Assembly (NCBI GenBank): GCA_037142555.1
Contig: JBAXAJ010000001.1
Location: forward strand, 14,835-78,834
Reading direction: 5' to 3'
Length of the DNA stretch: 64,000 bases
Origin: Candidatus Shapirobacteria bacterium
GTDB lineage: Bacteria; Patescibacteriota; Microgenomatia; UBA12405
In this document: positions 10,137 through 19,818 of the stretch, in pieces
Position numbering within the stretch: position 1 is the first letter of the stretch
Layout: every line of letters starts with the position of its first letter
Notes under the pieces: model-generated
Told to the model about the DNA's origin: nothing
Seen by the model: only the letters and a program-made list of their open reading frames with translations
The model's database searches: none
Made by a program: the position numbers and the translations under genes

Positions 10137-10985
10137 TTATAAACCATATGAACTCAATGGAGCATTACCAACTCTAATTCGAGACAACTCCAATGCTTTA
10201 CCTCTACACAAAATATTACCGTGTTTAGTGGTGAAAGCTATGTTATATTTTTTTTCTTTTAAGACATTAATTGCTTCCAAACTTGGGTTACCATAAGGAT
10301 AAGCAAATATTTTTTCTGGGTTGAATCCATTTTCAGATAGTTGCAAGTCAGCTGTCCCAATTTCTTTATCTAAAACTTCTTTAGTCCCAGCTGAACTATG
10401 ATGTGACCAAGTGTGGTTTGCAAAATAAACCGAATCTTTCATTTCTTTCATTTGATCCAAACTTAAATAATCAGGGTTATTAACTAATCCAGTTGGAGTA
10501 AAAATTGTCGCTTTATATCCGAATTCTTTTAAGATAGGATACATTTTTGAATAATTATCACTGTAAGCATCGTCTAAGGTAATCATTGCTAATTTCCCAC
10601 CTATTTTTTGACTTCCATTTAGAATAGCAATCAAATCTTTTGGTTCAATCACTCGATAGCCTTTATCTCTTAAATATTCTAGATGTTTTCTAAAAAAATC
10701 TGGACTCACATTCAAACTACTTTGTTTTTTTGCCTTAGCGTCAACATCTTCTTCAATATGATGATACATCAAAACACTAATCTTAAAACATGGTCCATAG
10801 AGTTTGTTAACATCTTCAACACTTTTAGTAGGCAAAACAGTCGGATTAGACAAAATCTTTTCTGGAATATTTTTTTCTATTTTATTAACGATCTTCTTTT
10901 TAATAGGATGTCTAAAAACCAAAACAGCCCCAATAAAAGCGAAAACAACTATAAAGATTAGTATTAAAATTCTTAGCTTAGGCAT
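10137..10985 (-). CDS. Polysaccharide deacetylase (NodB-homology, CE4) with an N-terminal membrane anchor
   Basis: MITLDDAYSDNY (the TFDDG-like motif) and HTWSHH. Signal-anchor at the N-terminus. Confidence 0.7.
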   Translation of the reverse strand: MPKLRILILIFIVVFAFIGAVLVFRHPIKKKIVNKIEKNIPEKILSNPTVLPTKSVEDVNKLYGPCFKISVLMYHHIEEDVDAKAKKQSSLNVSPDFFRKHLEYLRDKGYRVIEPKDLIAILNGSQKIGGKLAMITLDDAYSDNYSKMYPILKEFGYKATIFTPTGLVNNPDYLSLDQMKEMKDSVYFANHTWSHHSSAGTKEVLDKEIGTADLQLSENGFNPEKIFAYPYGNPSLEAINVLKEKKYNIAFTTKHGNILCRGKALELSRIRVGNAPLSSYGL

Positions 10986-11005
10986 TATTAGATTATATCA
11001 ACGAT

Positions 11006-11034
11006 TTGACTTTGTTTTTCATAAAAGTTATAAC
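11006..11034 (+). promoter_or_regulatory. Putative sigma70 promoter for the rarA-HAD-ATL-alkD operon
   Basis: TTGACT (11006-11011), 17-nt spacer, TATAAC (11029-11034). It lies ~30 nt upstream of the rarA ATG. Confidence 0.35.
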
Positions 11035-11062
11035 TATCTAGTTAACCAAATAAAACCCAAAC

Positions 11063-12220
11063 ATGTTTACTCAACAACCACTAGCCGCTCTGATCCGTCC
11101 AAAAAATTTAGATGAATTTATTGGTCAATCTCATTTAGTTGGTAAAGACAAACCTCTTCGTCTAGCCATTGAATCTAAACAAATTTTTTCCATGATTTTT
11201 TGGGGTCCTCCAGGGGTAGGGAAAACAACTCTGGCTAAAATTTTAGCTAAAGAAATTGATGCTCAACTTTTTGAACTATCAGCTGTTTCTTCTGGTAAAG
11301 ACGAAATCAGAAAAATTATTAAATCAGCTCTTCCACTTCAAAAAACTATTTTATTTTTAGATGAAATTCATCGTTTTAATAAAGCCCAACAAGATTTTTT
11401 ATTACCATATGTTGAATCAGGAGTTCTGACTCTAATCGGTGCCACCACCGAAAACCCTAGTTTTGAAATTATTTCGCCACTTCTTTCTCGATGTCGAGTT
11501 TTCACCTTAAAAGAACTTTCAGAAACTGAAATGGTTGAAATTATTAATCGAGCTGTCAAAACTCTAGAAACTACAATCAAAAAAGATGCCAGAGATTGGT
11601 TGATTCAAATGGCCAATGGTGATGCTCGCCAGGCTTTGACCATGATTGATAATGCCTACACTCTATACAAAAAACTAGACAAAGAAAGCCTTAAATCAAC
11701 CCTCCAAAATAGTTTTCTAAGGTTTGATAAAAAAGGGGATGAACACCACAACACCATTTCTGCTTTCATTAAATCAATGCGGGCCAGCAACCCTGATGCC
11801 GCTCTCTATTATCTAGCCAGAATGATTAGTGCTGGTGAAGATCCAAAATTCATTGCCAGAAGAATGGTTATTTTTGCTAGTGAAGACATCGGCATTGCCA
11901 ATTCCTCAGCATTAATATTAGCTAATGAAGTTTTCAGAGCAGTGGAAATAATTGGCTATCCAGAATGTCGGATTAATCTTTCCCATGGAGTTATTTATCT
12001 TGCCAAATCACCTAAAAACAGGAGTTGTTATGATGCCATTGGCCTAGCTCAAAAAGAAGTTGAAATAAGTGGAAATCTTCCAATCCCACTAAATCTTCGC
12101 AACGCTCCAACCAAATTAATGGAAGAATTAAATTATGGCAAAGGTTATGAAATGTATTCCAAAGAAGATTTATTACCTGATAAACTAAAAGGTAAAAAAT
12201 ATTTTAAAGATAAAAAATGA
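11063..12220 (+). CDS. rarA: Replication-associated recombination protein A (AAA+ ATPase), short form
   Basis: Walker [19 protein letters not shown] motif. MgsA/RarA C-terminal domain. 385 aa. Confidence 0.8.
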   Translation: MFTQQPLAALIRPKNLDEFIGQSHLVGKDKPLRLAIESKQIFSMIFWGPPGVGKTTLAKILAKEIDAQLFELSAVSSGKDEIRKIIKSALPLQKTILFLDEIHRFNKAQQDFLLPYVESGVLTLIGATTENPSFEIISPLLSRCRVFTLKELSETEMVEIINRAVKTLETTIKKDARDWLIQMANGDARQALTMIDNAYTLYKKLDKESLKSTLQNSFLRFDKKGDEHHNTISAFIKSMRASNPDAALYYLARMISAGEDPKFIARRMVIFASEDIGIANSSALILANEVFRAVEIIGYPECRINLSHGVIYLAKSPKNRSCYDAIGLAQKEVEISGNLPIPLNLRNAPTKLMEELNYGKGYEMYSKEDLLPDKLKGKKYFKDKK

Positions 12221-12810
12221 AAAACATCGACGCCATAATTTTTGATTTAAATGGAGTTTTTTTATTTAGTCAGCAACCATTAAGTCAACTAGTTGCAAAC
12301 AAATTTAATGTTGACAAAGATTTATTTTGGAACAAGTTTAAAGAGACTCTCAAAATTGCCAGAACTTCTAAAGAAATGCCAGAAAATTTGTGGGATCCAA
12401 TTACTGATCTTTTAAAGATAAATAAAGACGAGTTTTTTAACCTTTGGTTTTCAATGGACATAATTGATTCAAAAATGTTGCAGTTTGCCAAAGATTTAAA
12501 AAATAAAAATTATAAAATTTTTATTTTATCTAATAGTCTAAAAGAAAGAGTTCAATATTATCGTCAAAAATTTCCAGAATTATTTAGCCAATTTGACGGA
12601 GTCTACTTTTCATCCGAAACCGGTTTTGTTAAGCCAGATCCATTAGCTTTTGAAAATATTTTAAAATTAAATAATTTAGATCCAAAAAAATGTATTTATT
12701 TTGATGATTCTCAAGATAACGTTGATGCCGCTGCCGCTCTTGGGATACAAGCCAAACTTTTTGAAAATCTCGAGAATTCAAAAGAGTTTATAGGGGAAAA
12801 TAATTTATGA
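12217..12810 (+). CDS. HAD-superfamily hydrolase
   Basis: N-terminal IIFDLNGV (DxD-type motif I). Motif IV-like FDDS. Its start overlaps the rarA stop (ATGA). Confidence 0.6.
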   Translation: MKNIDAIIFDLNGVFLFSQQPLSQLVANKFNVDKDLFWNKFKETLKIARTSKEMPENLWDPITDLLKINKDEFFNLWFSMDIIDSKMLQFAKDLKNKNYKIFILSNSLKERVQYYRQKFPELFSQFDGVYFSSETGFVKPDPLAFENILKLNNLDPKKCIYFDDSQDNVDAAAALGIQAKLFENLENSKEFIGENNL

Positions 12811-13124
12811 AAAAACCAGGTGGATTTTCTAAAAAAGTAGTTGAATTAGCCCTTACTATTCCACCAGGCCGAGTCACCACTTATGGTCTTTTAGCTGCCG
12901 CCGCCGGCGGCCATCCCATGCTTTCTCGCATGATTACTAAAATTCTTGGCAAATCTAGCGAAGTTGATGAAATTCCTTTTCATCGAATTGTCTATTCCAA
13001 TGGCAAAATCTGGAACGATCCAAAATATAATCAATGGCGGGCCAAACTCTACAAAAAAGAAGGAATTAAAGTTGATAAAAATAATAAAATCATAAATTTT
13101 GAAAAAATAATTTATTCTTTTTAA
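12807..13124 (+). CDS. Alkyltransferase-like (ATL) protein: an O6-alkylguanine-DNA alkyltransferase DNA-binding domain lacking the acceptor cysteine
   Basis: The protein aligns to the MGMT C-terminal domain (TIPPGRVTTYGLLAAAAGGHPMLSRM...EIPFHRIVYSNGKIW), but the PCHRV active site reads PFHRIV. Its start overlaps the HAD stop (ATGA). Confidence 0.65.
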   Translation: MKKPGGFSKKVVELALTIPPGRVTTYGLLAAAAGGHPMLSRMITKILGKSSEVDEIPFHRIVYSNGKIWNDPKYNQWRAKLYKKEGIKVDKNNKIINFEKIIYSF

Positions 13125-13129
13125 CTAAA

Positions 13130-13867
13130 ATGGTCAAAAATAATTTTCATCAAGAAATTTTAAAAGAAATTAAAAAATATTCTGGCAATGAAGTTCCTAA
13201 TAGGGAAGGTTTTGGTCTCAAATATGTTGGTACCGACAAAGTTTCCTATCATCTCAACACCAAAGATACTCGTCAAATCGCCAAAGGTTTTACTAAGGTC
13301 AATCAATTCGATTTAGATCAATATGTGGAATTAATAGATTCACTTTATAGAGGAGAATCCCACGACGAAATTAATATTGCCGCCAAAATTATTGAATTTT
13401 CACCTGAATTTAGAAAACAGTTTGATGTTAACTATCTTGATTCTTGGTTAGAAAATGTCCATGGTTGGGCTGAAACTGACACTCTTTGTCAAATGGCTTT
13501 CACAGACATTGATCTTTTGTCTAATTGGCCAAATTGGCAAAAATTAATTAAAAAATTATCAACTGATAAAAATGTTCACAAACGTCGTGCGAGTTTAGTT
13601 TTATTAACAAAACCAGTTCGTTTATCTGCTGATTCAAAACTTTCTTTTTTGGCTTTTGAAAATATTGATAAATTAAAATCAGAAAAAGACATTTTAATCA
13701 CCAAAGCTGTTTCTTGGATTTTAAGGTCTTTAATTAAAAATCATCAACAAGAAGTTGCCAAATATTTAGACAAAAATCTTGAGATTCTTCCTAAAATTGC
13801 CGTTCGTGAGGTCACTACAAAACTTTTAACCGGCAAAAAATATATTAAAAACAAGCCTATAAAATAA
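13130..13867 (+). CDS. DNA alkylation repair protein, AlkD/AlkC-like HEAT-repeat family (tentative)
   Basis: 245 aa all-helical protein. Its length and motifs (WAETDTLCQMAF, KRRASLVLL, ITKAVSWILRSL) resemble pfam DNA_alkylation. It sits directly downstream of the ATL. Confidence 0.45.
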   Translation: MVKNNFHQEILKEIKKYSGNEVPNREGFGLKYVGTDKVSYHLNTKDTRQIAKGFTKVNQFDLDQYVELIDSLYRGESHDEINIAAKIIEFSPEFRKQFDVNYLDSWLENVHGWAETDTLCQMAFTDIDLLSNWPNWQKLIKKLSTDKNVHKRRASLVLLTKPVRLSADSKLSFLAFENIDKLKSEKDILITKAVSWILRSLIKNHQQEVAKYLDKNLEILPKIAVREVTTKLLTGKKYIKNKPIK

Positions 13868-13872
13868 CTTAG

Positions 13873-13899
13873 TTGACAGGTCGTAAAAAGGTGTATAAT
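13873..13899 (+). promoter_or_regulatory. Strong sigma70-like promoter with an imperfect palindrome over the -10
   Basis: TTGACA (13873-13878) and TATAAT (13894-13899) with a 15-16 nt spacer. An alternative reading is an extended TGnATAATA -10. GGTGTATaATACACC is a near-palindrome covering the -10. Confidence 0.45.
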
Positions 13900-13947
13900 A
13901 CACCCATTATTAGTTTTTTAAATTAATTTATTAATTTTTATAAAAAT

Positions 13948-15060
13948 ATGATTAAAGTAAAAACAATTTTATTAAGCACTCTCGCATTATTCTTAATGTC
14001 AGTTGCTCCAACTTTCGCAAGAGGTAGTTTCGTAACAGTCAATCCAGCTACTCTAGAAAACTGTTCAATGGTTTATCCAACCGCCGCTCCTAACGTTACC
14101 TGTTTCAACAAAATCCAAACCACAGTCAACATGATGGGTATCGGTGATACTCTTTGGGTTGCTCCAGGAACATACAATGAAAAAGTCGTAATCAACAAAA
14201 AGATTATTATGAAGGGTGGGATTAAAATGGCTCAAAAACTTGGTACTAGTACTATTGATGGCCAAGACACCAATAATTTTAATTTCCCACTTAAATCAGT
14301 AGTTACAGTCACCGGTGCTGGCACTGTTATCGATGGTTTCACTATTCAAGGTGCTGGTTTTGGTAAAGCCGGAATCACCCTAACTTCTGCTTATAACACT
14401 ATTAAAAGAAGCACTCTTACAAACAATTTTTACGGTATAGAATTACGTGATAGTGATTATAACGTTATTGATTCCAACATCATAACTAACAGTGGTTGGT
14501 ATGGAATTTTGATTCAAAACAACGAATATTTCACCACCGGCGGTACCAAAGACCAAGCTTCAACTAATAACACTATCAAAAACAACACTATAACTAATGT
14601 CAGTGATGCTGTTGGTGCTATTGAAAACTGTGATAATAACCAATTCACAGGTAACACCATTATCTCAACTAAAGGTATGGCTCTAAATCTTTTTGGATCA
14701 GATAATAATACAGTCAGCGGTAACACTATAAAAAATTCAAAGAAAGCTATAACTTTCTATGGGTCTTTTAATAATAATGTTACTAATAACAAGATATTAA
14801 ACAATGCTCAAGCTTTCCAAGTTGATGCTATGTGGATGGCTACCCCATCTGAAAACAACACAGTTAATTGGAACAACATTGTTGGTAATGCTGACATTGT
14901 TAAACAAGGGTTTGGTAATTCAAACACAACTTTTAATATTATGAACAACTGGTGGGGAACTGCAGTTAGATCAGAAATTCTATCTAAAATAGTAGTATCA
15001 AATCCTGCAACTATAGTTTTCGACCCATTCCTTGCTCAAGAAATCCCAATGATGTTCTAA
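13948..15060 (+). CDS. Secreted right-handed parallel beta-helix repeat protein (pectate-lyase-like fold)
   Basis: N-terminal signal peptide MIKVKTILLSTLALFLMSVAPTFA. Reiterated NxxIxNN / GNTI repeats characteristic of pbH1 beta-helix. Confidence 0.55.
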   Translation: MIKVKTILLSTLALFLMSVAPTFARGSFVTVNPATLENCSMVYPTAAPNVTCFNKIQTTVNMMGIGDTLWVAPGTYNEKVVINKKIIMKGGIKMAQKLGTSTIDGQDTNNFNFPLKSVVTVTGAGTVIDGFTIQGAGFGKAGITLTSAYNTIKRSTLTNNFYGIELRDSDYNVIDSNIITNSGWYGILIQNNEYFTTGGTKDQASTNNTIKNNTITNVSDAVGAIENCDNNQFTGNTIISTKGMALNLFGSDNNTVSGNTIKNSKKAITFYGSFNNNVTNNKILNNAQAFQVDAMWMATPSENNTVNWNNIVGNADIVKQGFGNSNTTFNIMNNWWGTAVRSEILSKIVVSNPATIVFDPFLAQEIPMMF

Positions 15061-15086
15061 GCAAATCAATAAAGAATCAAAAAAAA

Positions 15087-15113
15087 CCCTCTCCACATTC
15101 GGAGAGGGTTTTT
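15087..15113 (+). terminator. Intrinsic terminator after the beta-helix protein gene
   Basis: Perfect 8-bp stem CCCTCTCC / GGAGAGGG with a 6-nt loop and a T5 run. Confidence 0.75.
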
Positions 15114-15169
15114 AGTTATGTCACAAAAACTATATAATATAGATAATATAAATTTAAAATAAAAATAAA

Positions 15170-15643
15170 ATGACAGATCAAGATTTCATGAAAATAGTTA
15201 TTAACAAAGGAAAGCAAAGATTAGAAAAGAATATCTCCCCAAATATTTCAATTATTGTTAAAGCCAATCTTATAATTTCTGAAGGTCATAGTTCGGTCGG
15301 GGAATATGAATTATCAGGACATAATGATCTTAATTGCATTAATGAAGCCGCTAAAAAACTAAAGACTTTTGATCTTTCTGGTTGCACCATGTATTCAACT
15401 GTTGAGCCATGCTCTATGTGTCTTGCTTGCGCTGCTTGGGCTGGTTTAACTCGAATTGTTTTTGGAGCCTATCAAGAAGATATCCCTCAAAACAAATATG
15501 AAATTTCAGACTATCATGCCATCGACCATGCCAAAAGATTAATATTGCCTAATAACCAAAAAATGGAAATAGCTGGTGGTATTTTACAAGCCGAATGTGC
15601 TGAATTGATGAAAGATGTTAAAGACTGGATACTTTCTAAATAA
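15170..15643 (+). CDS. Cytidine/deoxycytidylate (CDA-fold) nucleoside/nucleotide deaminase family protein
   Basis: Zinc-binding HxE ... PCxxC pattern (EGHSSVGE ... VEPCSMCLACAAWAG). 157 aa. Confidence 0.7.
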   Translation: MTDQDFMKIVINKGKQRLEKNISPNISIIVKANLIISEGHSSVGEYELSGHNDLNCINEAAKKLKTFDLSGCTMYSTVEPCSMCLACAAWAGLTRIVFGAYQEDIPQNKYEISDYHAIDHAKRLILPNNQKMEIAGGILQAECAELMKDVKDWILSK

Positions 15644-15648
15644 AGTCT

Positions 15649-16917
15649 TTAATATTGGCTTTCGACAAAAGTCAAAGCAAAACCTTTTGAATCACCTCGT
15701 CCAGTTCTTCCAATACGATGAATATAATCATCATAGTTAGCAGGTTGGTCATAATTGATTACGTGGCTAATATCGGCGATATCAAGACCTCTAGCGGCCA
15801 CATCAGTAGCTACCAAGATTTTAATTTCACTTGATTTGAATGCTTGAAGCACTCTTTGTCTTTTATTTTGTGGTTTATCACCATGGATAGAAGCAGCGTT
15901 GAAACCTCTGTTAACTAAATTAACAGAAACTTTTTCCACCATCATTTTTGTAGCTCCGAAAATCAAAACTTTCTTGAATTGAGGTTGGGCTAATAATTGG
16001 TGTAAAGCTTCTTCTTTATTCGCTCTAGCGACTCTAACGACATCTTGTTCAACGTGTGAAGAAGTGTCTTGAGTTTTAACGGAAACTCTGGCTGGATTGT
16101 TTAAAAAAGTATTAATTAAAAGTTCAATTCTTGGAGTTGTAGTTGCAGAGAAGAACAATGTTTGTCGAGTTTTTGGAATTTGATCAACAATTGATCTGAT
16201 ATCATCAATGAAACCCATGTCTAACATTCGGTCAACTTCATCTAAAACTAGAGTATCTAGAGTAGAGAAATTAATCACTCTTCTTTGTCCTAAATCTTTG
16301 ATTCTTCCAGGAGTACCAATAATAATATGTGGTCCTCTTCGGATATCAATAATTTGTTCTCTAATAAAAGATCCACCAATAGCCAAAGCTATATAGACTC
16401 TTAAACCAGGAGTGAATGATCTAATTTCTTGTTTAATTTGTTGGGCCAACTCACGAGTTGGAGCCAAAATAATTATTCTTCGATTAGGATTGTTTAAAAT
16501 TTTGTGGATTAAAGGCAACACGAAAGCAGCAGTTTTACCTGTTCCAGTGTTAGCGATTCCCAAAACATCTCGGTCTTCCATAATTAATGGAATAACTTGG
16601 TCTTGGATTGGGGTTGGTTTAATATAACCCTTAGTAACGACATTAGCCATTAAAGATGGGTTTAATTTAAAATCGGCAAAAGTATTAACTGTTTGAGTTT
16701 CTTCGATTGTAGTAATCTCAGTTGCTTTATTAACGAATAAAGCCGGATTAATGGCTTTACCACCAAATCTTCCTCTTCCACCGCCATTACCACCTCTTCG
16801 TGGACCATTACTTCTAGATCCGCCAAAACGGCTGAATCCACCACCATGTGATTGAGAATTGTTATTGTTATTTCGTCCAAATCGAGACGAGCTATTTCTA
16901 TTACTGTTGTTGTACAT
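15649..16917 (-). CDS. DEAD-box ATP-dependent RNA helicase with an N-terminal N/G/R-rich (RGG) low-complexity region
   Basis: Q-motif, GTGKTAAF, DEVD, SAT and HRIGRTGR motifs. First ~60 aa: NNSNRNSSSRFGRNNNNNSQSHGGGFSRFGGSRSNGPRRGGNGGGRGRFGG. Confidence 0.9.
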   Translation of the reverse strand: MYNNSNRNSSSRFGRNNNNNSQSHGGGFSRFGGSRSNGPRRGGNGGGRGRFGGKAINPALFVNKATEITTIEETQTVNTFADFKLNPSLMANVVTKGYIKPTPIQDQVIPLIMEDRDVLGIANTGTGKTAAFVLPLIHKILNNPNRRIIILAPTRELAQQIKQEIRSFTPGLRVYIALAIGGSFIREQIIDIRRGPHIIIGTPGRIKDLGQRRVINFSTLDTLVLDEVDRMLDMGFIDDIRSIVDQIPKTRQTLFFSATTTPRIELLINTFLNNPARVSVKTQDTSSHVEQDVVRVARANKEEALHQLLAQPQFKKVLIFGATKMMVEKVSVNLVNRGFNAASIHGDKPQNKRQRVLQAFKSSEIKILVATDVAARGLDIADISHVINYDQPANYDDYIHRIGRTGRGDSKGFALTFVESQY

Positions 16918-17095
16918 AAATAATTTTTAGATAATGGACCAAATCCTAAGGCCGCAACCCGGATTCAATATGGCCCTAAATTATTTATTAATACACAACT
17001 TATCGTGTGTTTCTTAGGGCAACCAAATCAGCTTGTAGTCTATCATAAGTAAAAATAAAAGCAAATTAAAGCTTTTTTTATAGTACAATATAAAG

Positions 17096-18784
17096 ATGTT
17101 TGAAAAAACTTTTACTTTAAAAATCGCTGGTCTGGCTGGATTCGGAATTAAATCAGGTGGTCAATTAATCTCAAAAATACTCATTGATTCTGGCTATTTT
17201 GTCACTGACTATAATGAATATCCCTCTCTAGTTCGAGGTGGCCACAATGCTTATCAAATCACTTTTTCTCGAGAAAAAGTTTTTGCCCCACACTACAATG
17301 TCGATTTTTTCTTTTCCATTAACCCAAACCACTGGCAAACTCACACCGATGAATTCACCAAAGATTCACTTATTTTTGTTGATGAAGATTTAAAAGAAAT
17401 AACCGAAAAGAAGGGTAATTTTTTATATCTGCCTCTCAAAGAATTAGCTAATGAAGTTGGAAGTTTAGTTGTTTCTAACACTATTTGTGTCGGTGTCGTC
17501 AGCTATCTTCTCAATTTAGATTCTAATTTATCCAAAAAATTAATAGATAAATCCTATCAAAAGTTTAGTGAAATAAATTTGTTAGCTTTTGATGCTGGTT
17601 ATAAATATGCCAAAGATAATTTTTCTAAATACAAACAAAATATTACTTCTGTAAAAACAAAACAAAAAAACACTGGTTTTTATGATGGTAACGAAGCTTT
17701 CGGTTGGGGATTAATCAAAGCCGGAATCAATTTTTATGCCGCTTATCCAATGACTCCAGCCACTGGTACTCTCCACTTTTTAGCCACTAAACAGGAAGAA
17801 TTTAACATTAAAGTGATTCATCCAGAAGATGAAATTTCTGCTGCCAACATGACTGCTGGTGCTGCTTTTGCTGGTGCCAGAGCTGCCACCGGAAGTTCAG
17901 GTGGTGGTTTTGCCTTAATGAATGAAGCTATCAGCTATTGTGGTGTTGCCGAAATTGGCATGGTCTATTATCTAGTTTCTCGACCTGGCCCAGCCACTGG
18001 TCTTCCAACTTGGACTGCTCAAGCTGATCTTCTCCACGCCATTTATTCCGGTCATGGTGAATTTCCAAAAGTTGTCATTGCCCCAGGAGATCTTGATGAA
18101 TCTTTTGGAATGGGAATTGAATCTCTAAATTTAGCCGCCGAACTCCAAACTCCAATTATTGTTGTTAGTGATAAATTTCTAGGTGAATCAAGTTCTAACA
18201 CTAAAGATTTATCTAAAGAAAAAGAAAACATTAAAAGTGGCGAAATTTCTAAAAAACCAATCCAAAATTTTAAAAGATATGATTTAAACACTAAAACTGG
18301 AGTTTCTCCTCTAACAATTCCAGGAACTATCGGTGGTGAATTTTTAGCCAACAGTTACGAACATAATGAAGTTGGTTTTTCAACCGAAGATCCAATTTTA
18401 GCTAGTGAAATGCATCAAAAAAGAATGCAAAAACTTAAAACTGCTTTAAAATTAACTCCAAAACCAACCTTTTTTGGCAGCGATAAAGCCAAAAAATTAA
18501 TCATCAGCTGGGGTTCAACTAAAGGTGTGATTCTAGAAGCTCTTAAATCAATCAAAAATAAAGATGAATATGCTTTCCTACAAATTAAAACTCTCTGGCC
18601 AATCAATCCAGATTTAAAAGTCATCACTAATTCTTTTAAAGAAATTATCGTCATCGAGAATAATGGCACTAGCCAATTAACCACTTTGCTTAAATCTCAA
18701 TTTGATTTTAATCCTACTCAAATTATTACTAAAGATAATGGTCGTCCATTCTTCCCGGAGGAAATATATGCCAAACTTAAATAA
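17096..18784 (+). CDS. korA: 2-oxoacid:ferredoxin oxidoreductase, fused gamma-alpha subunit
   Basis: An N-terminal gamma-like domain is followed by an alpha domain (GNEAFGWGLIKAGINFYAAYPMTPATG). 562 aa. Confidence 0.8.
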   Translation: MFEKTFTLKIAGLAGFGIKSGGQLISKILIDSGYFVTDYNEYPSLVRGGHNAYQITFSREKVFAPHYNVDFFFSINPNHWQTHTDEFTKDSLIFVDEDLKEITEKKGNFLYLPLKELANEVGSLVVSNTICVGVVSYLLNLDSNLSKKLIDKSYQKFSEINLLAFDAGYKYAKDNFSKYKQNITSVKTKQKNTGFYDGNEAFGWGLIKAGINFYAAYPMTPATGTLHFLATKQEEFNIKVIHPEDEISAANMTAGAAFAGARAATGSSGGGFALMNEAISYCGVAEIGMVYYLVSRPGPATGLPTWTAQADLLHAIYSGHGEFPKVVIAPGDLDESFGMGIESLNLAAELQTPIIVVSDKFLGESSSNTKDLSKEKENIKSGEISKKPIQNFKRYDLNTKTGVSPLTIPGTIGGEFLANSYEHNEVGFSTEDPILASEMHQKRMQKLKTALKLTPKPTFFGSDKAKKLIISWGSTKGVILEALKSIKNKDEYAFLQIKTLWPINPDLKVITNSFKEIIVIENNGTSQLTTLLKSQFDFNPTQIITKDNGRPFFPEEIYAKLK

Positions 18785-19397
18785 TTACAGATCTAATGTC
18801 GCTCCAACTTGGTGTCCAGGTTGTAATAACTACATTCTCTACGCCAGTTTGCAATCTGCTTTTTCAGCTCTGAATATTCCAAATCATAAATTAGTCATTA
18901 ATTATGACATTGGTTGTGCTGGAAACATGGCTGATTTTCTAAATGTTTATGGAGCTCACACTCTTCATGGTCGTTCAATTGCCATGGCTATGGGTGAAAA
19001 ATTAGTTAATCCTAATTTAACTGTTTGTGTCATTGGTGGTGATGGTGGCATCTACGGTGAAGGTTTAAATCATTTAATTGCTGCCGCCAGAGCAAATTCT
19101 GACATTAAAGTTTTTGTTTCCAATAATTTTCTATACAGCTTAACCACTGGCCAAACTAGTCCAACTACTCCACAAGGTTCTAAAACCAAATCAACTCCAA
19201 CCGGAAATATTAATATCCCAATTGAGCCTATTTCTCTTCTTAAAGCTATTAATCCAAATGTTCTAGTTGAGTCAGCTAATTCTACAAATCCAGTTGAATT
19301 AAGTAAAAAAATTCAAAAAGTTTTACAACACAAAGGTTTTGCTCTGCTTGATATTAAACAAGAGTGCATTGCTTTTGGAAAACAATTAAAATCATAA
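18768..19397 (+). CDS. korB: 2-oxoacid:ferredoxin oxidoreductase beta subunit (TPP-binding), short
   Basis: WCPGCNNY and DIGCAGNM Cys motifs. TPP motif CVIGGDGG. The start ATG at 18768 overlaps the korA 3' end by 17 nt. The longer track ORF from 18702 is an artefactual extension. Confidence 0.75.
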   Translation: MPNLNNYRSNVAPTWCPGCNNYILYASLQSAFSALNIPNHKLVINYDIGCAGNMADFLNVYGAHTLHGRSIAMAMGEKLVNPNLTVCVIGGDGGIYGEGLNHLIAAARANSDIKVFVSNNFLYSLTTGQTSPTTPQGSKTKSTPTGNINIPIEPISLLKAINPNVLVESANSTNPVELSKKIQKVLQHKGFALLDIKQECIAFGKQLKS

Positions 19398-19817
19398 ATG
19401 GATTTAATCGATAAAATAGTTCTCCCTAAAAACTGGCAAGAATTAGTTGCCATTAAAGATATAATTCCTTTTTGTATTAATAAGGTCACTCGCTTCCCAA
19501 AAGATAACCAAAAATATGACGATTATCGAGACAGCACTACTCGCGAAAAACATCTTCAAAAAATAATTGACGACATTGGTGATAATGATTTCAAAATCAC
19601 TCCTAATAAATTTCCATATTCTCGAATAATTAAAAACATTCCAGAAGTTAGACACTATCTTTTATGGAGTAAAAATGGCGAATTACCAACTAAAACTATC
19701 GAATCAGAAATTGAGCGAGTTTTTCCAAACTGCGATTATTTTTATTTCGTTAATCCGCCAAATAACAAATCGATTCCCGAAATCTGGCATTGTCAAATCT
19801 TTGTTAAGTTAAAATAA
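19398..19817 (+). CDS. Hypothetical protein
   Basis: 139 aa. It starts 1 nt after the korB stop. It has a C-terminal WHCQIFV (HxQ-like) that weakly recalls the HIT/GalT-type HxHxQ. No confident family. Confidence 0.4.
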   Translation: MDLIDKIVLPKNWQELVAIKDIIPFCINKVTRFPKDNQKYDDYRDSTTREKHLQKIIDDIGDNDFKITPNKFPYSRIIKNIPEVRHYLLWSKNGELPTKTIESEIERVFPNCDYFYFVNPPNNKSIPEIWHCQIFVKLK

Positions 19818-19818
19818 T

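Noticed and set aside
10683-11115. Plus-strand ORFs of 92 and 103 aa, and many 60-115-aa antisense ORFs (for example 2650-2865, 5410-5652, 5668-5898, 11368-11580, 14065-14265, 16208-16880, 18052-18684, 22302-22841, 27276-28413, 49014-49755, 59018-59529)
   Set aside because: All lie inside or antisense to well-supported longer genes and have low-complexity translations.
16918-17095. Possible tRNA or other small RNA gene in the 178-nt spacer upstream of the DEAD-box gene
   Set aside because: No T-loop (GTTCRANYC) or acceptor/anticodon arrangement is present. I interpret it as a structured 5' leader instead. I found no tRNA or rRNA anywhere in the window.
18702-18767. N-terminal extension of the korB ORF (MILILLKLLLKIMVVHSSRRKY...)
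   Set aside because: It overlaps the 3' end of korA out of frame. The conserved beta-subunit sequence begins at MPNLNNY (ATG 18768).
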